Positions 49,238-59,129 of a stretch of 64,000 bases of DNA are shown here, piece after piece (position 1 is the first letter of the stretch; the number at the start of each line of letters is the position of its first letter). The DNA is from an uncultured Bacteroides sp. Its GTDB lineage: Bacteria > Bacteroidota > Bacteroidia > Bacteroidales > Bacteroidaceae. Both the position numbers and the translations under genes were made by a program. The stretch covers positions 22,664-86,663 of the forward strand of contig URYL01000011.1 in NCBI GenBank assembly GCA_900552075.1, read 5' to 3'. The notes under the pieces were generated by a model. That model was not told the DNA's origin. It saw only the letters and a program-made list of their open reading frames with translations, and made no database searches.

Positions 49238-50188
49238 ATGGATATATCTGTAGTCATACCTCTCTATAACGAAGAGGAATCCTTACCTGAATTGTATGCT
49301 TGGATTGAGCGCGTGATGTACGCCCACCACTTTACGTATGAAGTCATTTTCGTGAACGACGGCAGCACGGACCATTCTTGGCAAGTCATCGAAGAACTCA
49401 GCCGGAAGTCAAAGGAAGTGAAAGGCATCAAGTTCCGCCGGAATTATGGTAAATCACCGGCCCTGTATTGTGGATTCGAGAAAGCCGAGGGCGACGTGGT
49501 CATCACCATGGATGCGGACTTGCAGGACAGCCCGGACGAAATTCCGGAACTGTACCGCATGATTACAGAAGAAGGATACGACCTGGTTTCGGGCTGGAAG
49601 CAGAAACGCTACGACCCGCTGTCGAAGACCATTCCGACCAAGCTGTTCAACGCTACGGCACGTGCCGTATCGGGTATCCACAACCTGCACGACTTCAACT
49701 GCGGACTGAAGGCCTACCGCAAGGATGTGGTGAAAAACATCGAAGTGTATGGCGAAATGCACCGATATATCCCCTACCTGGCCAAGAATGCCGGATTCAC
49801 CCGCATCGGAGAAAAAGTAGTACATCATCAGGCCCGCAAATACGGAAAGACCAAATTCGGCTTGAACCGCTTTGTGAACGGCTATCTGGACTTGCTGTCA
49901 CTCTGGTTCCTCTCTACCTTTGGCGTAAAGCCCATGCACATCTTCGGATTCTTGGGATCCATCATGTTCCTGCTTGGATTCATTGCCGTCATTGTGGTAG
50001 GAGCCAACAAGCTGTACGACATGTACTGCGGCAATCCTTACCGCTTGGTCACGGAGAGTCCCTATTTCTATCTGGCCCTGACCACCATGATTCTGGGCAC
50101 CCAGCTTTTCCTGGCCGGATTCATCGGTGAACTGATTGCACGCAATTCGCCGGAAAGAAACAAATATCAAATCGAGAAAGAACTTTAA
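49238..50188 (+). CDS. Glycosyltransferase family 2 (polyprenyl-phosphate glycosyltransferase, GtrB/ArnC-like)
   Basis: SVVIPLYNEE, VNDGSTD, RNYGKS, MDADLQD, two C-terminal TMs. Confidence 0.92.
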   Translation: MDISVVIPLYNEEESLPELYAWIERVMYAHHFTYEVIFVNDGSTDHSWQVIEELSRKSKEVKGIKFRRNYGKSPALYCGFEKAEGDVVITMDADLQDSPDEIPELYRMITEEGYDLVSGWKQKRYDPLSKTIPTKLFNATARAVSGIHNLHDFNCGLKAYRKDVVKNIEVYGEMHRYIPYLAKNAGFTRIGEKVVHHQARKYGKTKFGLNRFVNGYLDLLSLWFLSTFGVKPMHIFGFLGSIMFLLGFIAVIVVGANKLYDMYCGNPYRLVTESPYFYLALTTMILGTQLFLAGFIGELIARNSPERNKYQIEKEL

Positions 50189-50691
50189 TGATGAAAAAAA
50201 TACCGATTGTATTCAGCCTGCTCCTGCTGACAGTCATCTCCTTCTTCCCGGCCTGCGAAGTGGAAAACTGTCCGCCCAACGCTTTGGCGTATGCACAGTT
50301 TAATTTCGTAGACCAATACGGAAAATCGGTAAAATACGCAGACACACTGACTGTTATTGGACAATTACAAACGGCTGATACCCTCATATATGATACGCTG
50401 ATCAATAAATCGACCAATACGAGTACGCTGAGCCTGCCCCTCAGTTATGGGGAGCAGACCCGTTTCATTTTCCAGTACAGCAACCGGCAGCGGGACATCA
50501 TTACGGTCAATCACCGCAACATTCCTTATTTCATCAATTTGGACTGCGGTACCATGATGTTCTACGAGATTACCAGCGCGGAAACGACTACCCGCATGCT
50601 CGATTCACTCGTCATCACCAATCCGAACATAGACAATTATGAGAAAGAGAATTTCAAAATATATTTCACGGTTACTGCTGCTAATGAGTAG
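50188..50691 (+). CDS. Lipoprotein of unknown function (DUF6452-like)
   Basis: Lipobox FPAC, LSLPL, F---DCG motif. DUF assignment tentative. Confidence 0.6.
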   Translation: MMKKIPIVFSLLLLTVISFFPACEVENCPPNALAYAQFNFVDQYGKSVKYADTLTVIGQLQTADTLIYDTLINKSTNTSTLSLPLSYGEQTRFIFQYSNRQRDIITVNHRNIPYFINLDCGTMMFYEITSAETTTRMLDSLVITNPNIDNYEKENFKIYFTVTAANE

Positions 50692-51385
50692 CCTCCTTCT
50701 CTGTGGCTCCCTGTGGGCACAGCGGCCGGGAGCCCACAAGGCACAGCCGGTACAGATACAGAAGGAAGAAGCGAAAAAAACAGAACCGACGAAAAACATA
50801 CCTCTTTATCAGGGAATGAGCATCGGAGTGGAAATTGCCGGAATCGGAAGCTACCTGTTAGGAAGTGACATCCTGAATAGTGAGGTAGCCCTACAGGCCA
50901 ACCTGAAAAACCGCTTCCTTCCCGTAGTAGAAGTGGGATACGGAAAAGCAGATGCGATAAACGATGCCAACAACCTGCACTACAAGACCTCCGCACCTTA
51001 TTTCCGGATAGGAATGGATTACAACGTGTTTTACAAAAAAACACACCTACCGGGTTATCTGTACGTGGGACTACGCTACGGAATGACCTCGTTCAGTTAC
51101 GATGTGGACGGCCCTGACATGACCGACCCAAACTATGGAGGAGAAATCTCCTACCCTTTCTCTTATTCCGGCTTGAAGAGCAATGCCAGCTGGCTGGAAG
51201 GTGTGCTCGGACTCAAGGTAAAAATTTACAAGGGCTTTTGCATGGGCTGGAGCGTGAGATACAAAATGAGGATGAGCATCAAGAATCATGAAAATTCCGT
51301 TCCATGGTACGTGCCCGGATTCGGGAAGAATGCTAGCAGCAGTTTCAACCTGACATATAATCTCATCTACAACTTGCCCTTCTGA
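50639..51385 (+). CDS. Outer membrane beta-barrel protein of unknown function (DUF6048-like)
   Basis: Signal peptide, alternating beta-strands, WYVPGFG, terminal YNLPF. Confidence 0.65.
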   Translation: MRKRISKYISRLLLLMSSLLLCGSLWAQRPGAHKAQPVQIQKEEAKKTEPTKNIPLYQGMSIGVEIAGIGSYLLGSDILNSEVALQANLKNRFLPVVEVGYGKADAINDANNLHYKTSAPYFRIGMDYNVFYKKTHLPGYLYVGLRYGMTSFSYDVDGPDMTDPNYGGEISYPFSYSGLKSNASWLEGVLGLKVKIYKGFCMGWSVRYKMRMSIKNHENSVPWYVPGFGKNASSSFNLTYNLIYNLPF

Positions 51386-51390
51386 TTCAC

Positions 51391-51963
51391 ATGAACTTAT
51401 TTGAAACAATTCTGTTGTCAATCAGTCTGGCCATTGACTGCTTTACGGTATCCATTACCAGCGGCATCATTCTGCATCGCATCCGATGGGGAACTTTTTT
51501 GAGAATGGCCTTCTTCTTCGGACTTTTCCAGGCGATGATGCCTTTTATCGGATGGCTGGGGGCCAGTCGCTTCCAGCACCTCATTGAGGCCTACGACCAT
51601 TGGATTGCATTTGGTTTGCTGGCCTTTCTGGGAATCCGGATGATACGGGCTCAATTCAAGGAGGAAGAGACAGCCTCGTTCAACCCGACCAGTCTGAAAG
51701 TGACACTGGCCCTGGCGGTGGCTACCAGTATTGACGCCCTGGCTATCGGCATTTCATTTGCCTTCGCCGGACTCACAAAGATAGAAGACTTGGGGATGCC
51801 CCTGACCAGCATCGGACTGGCCTCTTTCGTCCTCTCACTGGCGGGAAGCCTCATCGGAGTATTCTTCGGCAAACGCTTTCATCTGCGTGTGGAAATTTTC
51901 GGCGGTCTGGTACTGATTGGTATCGGCATTAAAATTTTAATAGAACATTTATTCTTACAATAA
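51391..51963 (+). CDS. mntP: Manganese efflux pump MntP family
   Basis: LAIDCF-VS, FGLFQA-MP, DHWIAF, ATSIDALAIG. Confidence 0.9.
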   Translation: MNLFETILLSISLAIDCFTVSITSGIILHRIRWGTFLRMAFFFGLFQAMMPFIGWLGASRFQHLIEAYDHWIAFGLLAFLGIRMIRAQFKEEETASFNPTSLKVTLALAVATSIDALAIGISFAFAGLTKIEDLGMPLTSIGLASFVLSLAGSLIGVFFGKRFHLRVEIFGGLVLIGIGIKILIEHLFLQ

Positions 51964-51966
51964 CTC

Positions 51967-52980
51967 ATGAACAAAAACAAACTGAAATGGCAAGTACCTT
52001 TCCTTATTCTACTCATTGTGGGAACTGTACTGATTCTGAGAAAGCAAGCGCCTTACCAGACCGACCAAGGACTCGTGTTCGGCACTGTGTATAAAATCAC
52101 TTACCAGTCGTCGGAAAACCTGAAAGAAGAAATTGAAAAAGAACTGCAAAAGGTAGACAATTCTTTATCCCCGTTCAACAAACAATCGGTCATCACGCAC
52201 ATCAACCAGAATACAGACCTGCATACCGATAGCCTGTTCGTCTACGTGTTCAATCTGGCCAAAGAAGTGTCTAACAATACCGGAAAGGCGTACGACGTAA
52301 CGGTAGCCCCGTTGGTCAATGCCTGGGGCTTCGGATTCAAGCACTCCCAGTTTCCCGACTCGCTGACCGTCGACAGCTTGCGTCAGTTTGTGGGCATCGA
52401 CAAAATCCACCTTAATGCAGACGGTGAAGTAGTCAAGTCCGACCCACGCATGATGCTCGACTTCAGCTCCATTGCCAAAGGATTCGGCGTGGATTGCGTG
52501 GCCCGTCTGTTCGACCGGAAAGGTATCAAGAACTACATGATTGACATTGGCGGCGAACTGGTTATGAAAGGACAGAATGCCAAGATGGAAACCTGGCGTA
52601 TCGGGGTCAACAAACCGATTGACGACTCTTTATCAGTCAACCAGGAACTACAAACCATACTGGAAATTACCGATGCAGGTATGGCCACTTCGGGCAATTA
52701 CCGCAACTTCTACTACAAGGATGGAAAAAAATATGCGCATACCATCGACCCGCGGACGGGCTATCCGGTGCAGCACAACATTCTTTCTTCCACCGTCATT
52801 GCCAAGAACTGTGCCACAGCCGATGCCTACGCCACCGCATTTATGGTATTGGGACTGGATTCGGCCAAAGCAGTCTGTGATTCTCATCCGGAACTGGATG
52901 CCTATTTCATCTATACGGACAAGAACGGAAAACTGCAAACCTATTCCACAGCAGGCATGAAAAAATACATGCGGAATTAA
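51967..52980 (+). CDS. apbE: FAD:protein FMN transferase
   Basis: DVTVAPLV-AWGFG, LDFSSIAKG, DIGGE, ATSGNYR, HTIDPRTG, ADAYATA. Confidence 0.93.
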   Translation: MNKNKLKWQVPFLILLIVGTVLILRKQAPYQTDQGLVFGTVYKITYQSSENLKEEIEKELQKVDNSLSPFNKQSVITHINQNTDLHTDSLFVYVFNLAKEVSNNTGKAYDVTVAPLVNAWGFGFKHSQFPDSLTVDSLRQFVGIDKIHLNADGEVVKSDPRMMLDFSSIAKGFGVDCVARLFDRKGIKNYMIDIGGELVMKGQNAKMETWRIGVNKPIDDSLSVNQELQTILEITDAGMATSGNYRNFYYKDGKKYAHTIDPRTGYPVQHNILSSTVIAKNCATADAYATAFMVLGLDSAKAVCDSHPELDAYFIYTDKNGKLQTYSTAGMKKYMRN

Positions 52981-53006
52981 AAAAGGCCTTGTACAAGATC
53001 AGACAT

Positions 53007-53047
53007 AAAAATGCCGGAACATACCTCCTCGTATGCTCCGGCATTTT
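53007..53047 (+). terminator. Terminator after apbE
   Basis: AAAATGCCGGA-ACATAC / GTATG-C-TCCGGCATTTT. Confidence 0.75.
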
Positions 53048-53103
53048 CTATTTTATCAGGATACCCTCTTCGGGCAAAAGCATCCGCTCTATTTTCTTTT
53101 CTC

Positions 53104-53191
53104 AGTACTCCTCAGGAAGTACTACAGTACTGCCGTGGAAGTACCAGAGTACTGATAGTAAAGTACTGGAGTACTGCCAAGGAAGTACTGA
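53104..53191. repeat. Tandem array of four 22-bp units AGTACT-N8-AGTACT-N2
   Basis: AGTAC at 53104, 53118, 53126, 53140, 53148, 53162, 53170 and 53184 (alternating 14/8 spacing). Confidence 0.88.
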
Positions 53192-53225
53192 CGCGACTTC
53201 CAATCGTTCTATAAAAGCCATGAGA

Positions 53226-54131
53226 TTATCCTAACACATTTCCCAAGTAAAGGAAGAACATACCAATCAGCACTAAAATCAAATCGACCACCTTGCTCTT
53301 CAAGTTCTTCTCGCGGAAAATCATGGCGCCAAACAGGAAGGACACAACCACGCTCCCCCGTCGTACCATGGACACGATGGAAATCATGGCCCCATCCATT
53401 CCCAACGCATAGAAGTACACAAAATCAGCCGCCGACAAAAAAACCGAAATCAGAATAATACACCAGTCCCAGTGGAAAGGTGTACTGCTTTTCCGTTTGG
53501 GCCACCACAAGAACATCAGCACTCCGCCCATGAGGAAAAGCTGATAGACATTGTACCATGCCTGTACCACCATGTTGCTGAACCGCCCCATCAGGTACTT
53601 GTCGTACAATCCACTCACGGCTCCCAGCACAGCTGCCAGCACGACAAACCAAATCCACTTGTCGTGCTTGAAGTCAATGCCTTCCTTCTTTCCCGAACGG
53701 CTCAACATGAAAAACGAAATTATCGCCATCAGTACGCCAATCCACTGATATACATTCAGACGCTCACCAAATATCAACAGGGCCCCCACCAGGGTCATGA
53801 CCGGACGGGTGGCATTGATCGGTCCTACAATAGTCAAGGGCAAATGTTTCATTCCGAAATACCCGAATGTCCACGAAGAAAGGACGATAAACGATTTGAG
53901 CAGGATGAATTTATGCACTTCCCAACCTGCATCCGGTACATAGAAAAGCGTATCTTTCAAGGTTTCCGGGTGAAAGTGCGAAATCAATATAAACGGCAAG
54001 AAAATCAGACTGGAAAAAAGCGTATTCAGTCCCAGCACCGGGAGCACCGCATTGTTCGACAATGATTTTTTCTTGAAGACATCATAAAATCCCAGCAACG
54101 CCGCTGAGCAAAAAGCCAGTAATAACCACAT
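53226..54131 (-). CDS. EamA/DMT family transporter
   Basis: About 10 TMs in two repeats; LIFGERL and IFREK motifs. Confidence 0.85.
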   Translation of the reverse strand: MWLLLAFCSAALLGFYDVFKKKSLSNNAVLPVLGLNTLFSSLIFLPFILISHFHPETLKDTLFYVPDAGWEVHKFILLKSFIVLSSWTFGYFGMKHLPLTIVGPINATRPVMTLVGALLIFGERLNVYQWIGVLMAIISFFMLSRSGKKEGIDFKHDKWIWFVVLAAVLGAVSGLYDKYLMGRFSNMVVQAWYNVYQLFLMGGVLMFLWWPKRKSSTPFHWDWCIILISVFLSAADFVYFYALGMDGAMISIVSMVRRGSVVVSFLFGAMIFREKNLKSKVVDLILVLIGMFFLYLGNVLG

Positions 54132-54222
54132 GTTTTCTTGAAATTTGTAAACCGACGCAAAGGTACGACAAAAATTCCAAACTCATTGCACAATCCAAAA
54201 ACTCTCTCTAACTTTGAACAAT

Positions 54223-55512
54223 ATGAACGAGCAGGTAATACAAAAACTAAAGATACTGACGGAATCCGCCAAATATGATGTGTCGTGCGCCTCCAGTGGC
54301 ACTTCCCGCAAGAATACCAAAGGAGGAGTAGGAAATACCGTGGGCGGATGGGGTATCTGTCACAGCTTTTCGGAGGACGGACGCTGTATCTCCCTGCTCA
54401 AAATCATGCTGACCAACTACTGCATTTACGATTGCGCCTACTGCATCAACCGGGTGAGCAACGACATTCCGCGAGCCACGCTTTCCGTGACGGAACTGGT
54501 GGAACTGACCATGGAATTCTACCGAAGAAACTACATTGAGGGACTGTTCCTCAGCTCAGGGGTGGTACGCAATCCGGACTACACCATGGAACGCCTGGTC
54601 CGAGTGGCCAAAGACTTGCGGTTGGTACACCGTTTCAACGGATACATTCACTTGAAAAGCATCCCTGGCGCCAGTGAGGAACTGGTACAGGAGGCCGGGT
54701 TGTACGCCGACCGTCTCAGTGTCAACCTGGAAATCCCGACCGAAAAAAATTTGAAGCTGCTGGCCCCGGAGAAAGACCACCAGAGTGTGTATCTCCCGAT
54801 GAAATACATCCAGCAAGGTATCCTGACGCACCAGGAGGACCGGAAACGTTACCGTCATGTACCTCGTTTCGCCCCCGGCGGACAAAGCACACAGATGATT
54901 GTCGGCGCCACTCCTGAAACCGACAAGGACATCTTGCGAGTTTCTTCCTCGCTCTACGAACAGCCCACCATGAAACGCGTGTATTATTCAGGCTACATTT
55001 CAGTCAACACCTACGACAAGCGGCTGCCGACCTTGAAGCAACCTCCCTTGGTCCGGGAGAACCGACTCTATCAGGCCGACTGGCTGCTGCGCTTCTACCA
55101 GTTCAAGGTGGACGAGATAGTGGACGACCAGACTCCCAACTTGGATCTGGACATCGACCCGAAACTGGCCTGGGCCCTTCGCCATCCGGAGTTTTTCCCC
55201 GTGAACATCCAGACCGCCGATTACGAAGCCATCCTGCGTGTGCCGGGCATCGGAGTGAAATCCGCCCGCCTGATTGTGGCTTCCCGCCGCTTCTCACGCA
55301 TCGGCTTCTATGAACTGAAAAAGATGGGAGCTGTGATGAAAAAAGCCAAATACTTCATTACTTGCAATGAACTGCCCGACAAGACTATCCACGAACTGGG
55401 AGCTGCCGGTGTACGGAGACTGTTGCTTCCTACTCCCCGTAAAAAGACAGACGAACGACAGTTGAGCTTTGACTTTGCAGAAACAGAAGAAGCTGCCCCC
55501 ACACACAAGTGA
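54223..55512 (+). CDS. Putative DNA modification/repair radical SAM protein (TIGR03916-like)
   Basis: AKYDVSCASSG, GICHSF-EDGRCISLLK, CIYDCAYC (CxxxCxxC), RLYQADWLLRFY, HhH motif LRVPGIG. Confidence 0.92.
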   Translation: MNEQVIQKLKILTESAKYDVSCASSGTSRKNTKGGVGNTVGGWGICHSFSEDGRCISLLKIMLTNYCIYDCAYCINRVSNDIPRATLSVTELVELTMEFYRRNYIEGLFLSSGVVRNPDYTMERLVRVAKDLRLVHRFNGYIHLKSIPGASEELVQEAGLYADRLSVNLEIPTEKNLKLLAPEKDHQSVYLPMKYIQQGILTHQEDRKRYRHVPRFAPGGQSTQMIVGATPETDKDILRVSSSLYEQPTMKRVYYSGYISVNTYDKRLPTLKQPPLVRENRLYQADWLLRFYQFKVDEIVDDQTPNLDLDIDPKLAWALRHPEFFPVNIQTADYEAILRVPGIGVKSARLIVASRRFSRIGFYELKKMGAVMKKAKYFITCNELPDKTIHELGAAGVRRLLLPTPRKKTDERQLSFDFAETEEAAPTHK

Positions 55513-55523
55513 AAGCAGCTTCT
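55488..55523. terminator. Hairpin overlapping the radical SAM stop codon
   Basis: AGAAGCTGC / GCAGCTTCT, between convergent genes. Confidence 0.5.
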
Positions 55524-55546
55524 GCCTTATTTTTCATTCCGTATCC

Positions 55547-56632
55547 TCAACGGATGGATACTTCCGTCACAGGTTGTTCCTTTACGGTATCCAACGGTAC
55601 CGCTCTATATTTGACACGCTGGAAATCAATCTTGTTCAAGTCAATACTGCGGATAGATGCATTATACATCGTGCGGAAATAAATCATCCGATGCCGCATG
55701 TCCGTAACCGAAGTCCACTGGGTGGCACTCGGAATATTGGCCGGAATCTTTCCTCCCTGAAACTCAATGCCTACCGGAATATCGAAATTATTCAGAATCT
55801 GAAATCCCTGAAGCACCGTCTGATGGGCATTTTCCTGCTGGGGAGCCGTAGTCTGATAGAAAGCGGCCCGCACGAAACGGGAAGGAGGAGTCACATCACC
55901 CGGCATGCCTAAGAAACCACTTCCTGCCCCAAAAGAACGCAAGGTAAGCTTACCGAATTCCTGCGGCTGCGCACTGCCGGCATAGAGATTCACATAATTA
56001 TTCAAATTGGTCAGCTGCCACTCAAAACCCGGAGAGTTGGTCAATACACCCAATTCGTTTTCATAGAAATGCAACTGCCCGTCCACAATCTCCAGTACCA
56101 CCTGTCGTCCTGAAACATCGGCAAACCGCCAGTGTACAGTGGACGCACGCGGATCAATGGCTACCACATGCACCTCCTTCAGGCTTTCCATCACCTCGTC
56201 CACGGTCTGGCAATTACCCAAGACCCAAGCTACCAGCTGTAAATCGGCGATGGAAGAAGATTTCCACTCAGCCTTATAAGCCTCATACTGGCCATAGTTC
56301 GGGAAATAAAACAAACCGGCAGAAAGTCCTTTCTCGTTCAGCCCTTCGGCTACAAATTCCTTCTGCTCCACCGAAAGACCCACATAACCGTATTTTGCCG
56401 TAAATTGCATGCCATCCTGTCCGCCAGGTACATACGACTGTGTAGTATAGCCGCGCGGAACCACTACATAGCAGCTGTTCAAATCACTTCCGCCCCATTC
56501 AATGGTACGGGCCAGAATCTGTGTACTGTCTTTTGCCGTCAAAGTAATGCCGGTACAAGCCTGTAAAGGCTGTGACTGGAAGACGGCCATTGTGGCCATC
56601 AATCCCAAAAGCATAGATTTGTAATTCATCAT
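55547..56632 (-). CDS. Choloylglycine hydrolase family (bile salt hydrolase / penicillin V acylase), exported
   Basis: Signal peptide ending LQA then Ntn nucleophile CTGI; ARTIEW, EGLNEKGL, LTNSP, GMPGD-TPPSRFVRA. Confidence 0.9.
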   Translation of the reverse strand: MMNYKSMLLGLMATMAVFQSQPLQACTGITLTAKDSTQILARTIEWGGSDLNSCYVVVPRGYTTQSYVPGGQDGMQFTAKYGYVGLSVEQKEFVAEGLNEKGLSAGLFYFPNYGQYEAYKAEWKSSSIADLQLVAWVLGNCQTVDEVMESLKEVHVVAIDPRASTVHWRFADVSGRQVVLEIVDGQLHFYENELGVLTNSPGFEWQLTNLNNYVNLYAGSAQPQEFGKLTLRSFGAGSGFLGMPGDVTPPSRFVRAAFYQTTAPQQENAHQTVLQGFQILNNFDIPVGIEFQGGKIPANIPSATQWTSVTDMRHRMIYFRTMYNASIRSIDLNKIDFQRVKYRAVPLDTVKEQPVTEVSIR

Positions 56633-56750
56633 TCACTCAATTTTTAATATACAACAAAAAACATCTTATTTTGTTTCAGCTTATCGTTTTTTACTACTTT
56701 TGTTTCCTAAAAGCTTTTACCAAAGATAGAAAATTTTCCACTAAAAAACC

Positions 56751-57518
56751 ATGATTATTTTTCAATATGATGCTACTTTCGAAGGTCTGCTCACCGCCTT
56801 GTTCGATGCCTATTTCCGACGGACTTTTCCTGACCTCCTGCTTACAGAAAAGGAACCGCTGCCTCTTTTCTATGACGAAAGCCATCAGGTAGTGACCGAC
56901 ATGACCAAAGCGGAACGGGTATGGAAACTACTTTCCCGAAAACTGTCCAGAAGTGCACTTTCCTGCCTCACTTATTGCTGGCTTTCCGAAACACCGGAGG
57001 CGCCAATGCTCCTTTTCCGCTACCTACGGAAAGTGACGGATGCCCCAGCTTCCATCGAACAGAATTTTGCCGACCCGGATGTGCTCGGGGTGTATCAGCT
57101 GAGCAAAAAAGTGGCTGGTGAACGGATGCGGGTACTTCAATTCATGCGCTTCCAAAAGACAGCCGACCAGACTTACTTCGGTATCATGGAACCGATATAC
57201 AATGTATATCCGCTGACCATCCAGCACTTTCAGGACCGTTTTGCCGACCAATCATGGCTGATTTACGATGCCCGCCGTCAATATGGATACTATTACGACC
57301 GAAAAGACGTGAATGAAATTACATTTGAAGATTCACAAGCCGATTTTCTGCGCCACGGCAAGCTGCAGGATGAATTCCTCGATAAAAACGAAAAGCTTTT
57401 CCAAGAAGGATGGAAAAGCTATTTTCACAATGTATGCATCCAGTCACGCCTCAATCCTGTGAAACACAAAAAGGACATGCCGGTCCGTTTCTGGAAATAC
57501 CTTATAGAAAAAGATTAA
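56751..57518 (+). CDS. TIGR03915 / DUF4130 family putative DNA repair protein
   Basis: [50 protein letters not shown]. Confidence 0.9.
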   Translation: MIIFQYDATFEGLLTALFDAYFRRTFPDLLLTEKEPLPLFYDESHQVVTDMTKAERVWKLLSRKLSRSALSCLTYCWLSETPEAPMLLFRYLRKVTDAPASIEQNFADPDVLGVYQLSKKVAGERMRVLQFMRFQKTADQTYFGIMEPIYNVYPLTIQHFQDRFADQSWLIYDARRQYGYYYDRKDVNEITFEDSQADFLRHGKLQDEFLDKNEKLFQEGWKSYFHNVCIQSRLNPVKHKKDMPVRFWKYLIEKD

Positions 57519-58273
57519 GCAAACGGGAATAAATCGTCGGGATATCCGATATCCACCAAGAAGAGGGCATGCCCCGGTACGGAGGTTCCCGCACTGCAGC
57601 GGTTCTTCTCTTCTATCACTTTCCGGAACCCCTCGACCGAAAGTTTCCCACGTCCCACTTCCACCAAGGTTCCGACAATAGCCCTCACCATATTCCGCAG
57701 AAAACGGTCGGCCTGAATGGTAAACACCCATTCCGTCTCGCTCACCTGATCCCAATGGGCCTGCATAATCTTACAGTTATTAGTCTTGACATCCGTGTGT
57801 AACTTACTGAAACTGGTAAAATCCGTATAGTCAAACAACGTCTGGGCCGCTTCGTTCATCTTTTCAAAATCCAACGGCTGAAACAACCTCCAGCAATAAG
57901 CCCGGTTAAACGGGTCCTTTTGTGTAGTGACATAATATTTATAGGTACGGTACGTCGCATCGAAACGAGCATGCGCATCCTGATTTACCCTTCGGACACG
58001 ATACACCGAAATGTCCGGCGGCAACAAGCGGTTCAACTTATCCGTCACAACCGCCTCATCCAGCATCCTTTCCACATCAAAATGCGCCACCATCAGACGG
58101 GCATGCACTCCGGCATCCGTACGTCCGGCACCGACCACTTCAATGGCATCATCCCGCAAAAAGGTATGCAAAGCCTTCATCAGCGTTTCCTGCACACTAC
58201 TTCCATTCGGCTGTATCTGCCAGCCATGGTAATTGGTTCCGTCGTAAGCTAAATAAATGAAATACCTGAACAT
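57515..58273 (-). CDS. truA: tRNA pseudouridine(38-40) synthase
   Basis: [40 protein letters not shown]. Confidence 0.97.
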   Translation of the reverse strand: MFRYFIYLAYDGTNYHGWQIQPNGSSVQETLMKALHTFLRDDAIEVVGAGRTDAGVHARLMVAHFDVERMLDEAVVTDKLNRLLPPDISVYRVRRVNQDAHARFDATYRTYKYYVTTQKDPFNRAYCWRLFQPLDFEKMNEAAQTLFDYTDFTSFSKLHTDVKTNNCKIMQAHWDQVSETEWVFTIQADRFLRNMVRAIVGTLVEVGRGKLSVEGFRKVIEEKNRCSAGTSVPGHALFLVDIGYPDDLFPFA

Positions 58274-58284
58274 CACACTCTGAT

Positions 58285-58953
58285 TTATCGGGCGGTAATA
58301 TGAAAACACCCTTGTTTCAACTCATACTTCACATAGCAGCGGTCAGCCTTGCGAAGGTCGCGCAACACTTCCGACAACACCAGCTTCAAGGTATCCGCAC
58401 TTACGTCCTGCATGGGACGGCCGTTGGGGTCTTCCACCTTTTCAAAACGTTTCCAACTCACATCGAACGTAGTTCCGTAAAAATGACAGGAATTCAGCGA
58501 AGCATTACCATTCGTACGGCGCAAACGCTTCACATCGTCTTTCGTACGTGTCACGGAAGTCACAATCACCTTATTGGGGTTCAAGCCTTTGTTCTCCAAC
58601 GAATCCAGAAAATTAACCCCAATCGTATCCAGCAAGGCACTGGCCTGAGGCACCAGATAAGGAATGGAATGTGTCAGTGAATCCAGTCCATAACGCTCAC
58701 AAGCCGCAATCTCCACCAAACGGTCTTTCATTTCTTCCGCTTCCTCACGGGTACTGATGGGACGGATACCAATTTTTTTCGCTGTAGCCAGCTGCACATC
58801 ATTCAAATCACCAAACGACCGCTTGTAACTGATCACTCCCCTAATATTACGCGGATTATTCATTTTCATCGACATGTCTTTCTCCTTGCATCCAGCCAAG
58901 CACATTCCAGCCAGCAAGGCCACCGCAAGGCACGACTTGAGTAATAGCTTCAT
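58285..58953 (-). CDS. Lipoprotein of unknown function (DUF5715-like), probable metallopeptidase fold
   Basis: Lipobox [21 protein letters not shown] and CFHIT motifs. Confidence 0.7.
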   Translation of the reverse strand: MKLLLKSCLAVALLAGMCLAGCKEKDMSMKMNNPRNIRGVISYKRSFGDLNDVQLATAKKIGIRPISTREEAEEMKDRLVEIAACERYGLDSLTHSIPYLVPQASALLDTIGVNFLDSLENKGLNPNKVIVTSVTRTKDDVKRLRRTNGNASLNSCHFYGTTFDVSWKRFEKVEDPNGRPMQDVSADTLKLVLSEVLRDLRKADRCYVKYELKQGCFHITAR

Positions 58954-59129
58954 TTCTTCCTTATCCTTTTTAATTCGCGACAAAGATAACACAAAAAACC
59001 TATAAACCCACATTATTACTTTTAGTTATCACTCATAAAAAAAGGTGAATAGGACATTCCACTAAAAACACCTATCTTTGCGCCGGATTCAAGAAAACAA
59101 TTATTCTATACACATAAAAACAAGTCAAT

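Noticed and set aside
53104..53191. Guide-RNA (TIGR-like) array interpretation
   Set aside because: The inserts resemble one another, the period is 22 bp, and the flanking genes are apbE and an EamA transporter, not an RNA-guided effector.
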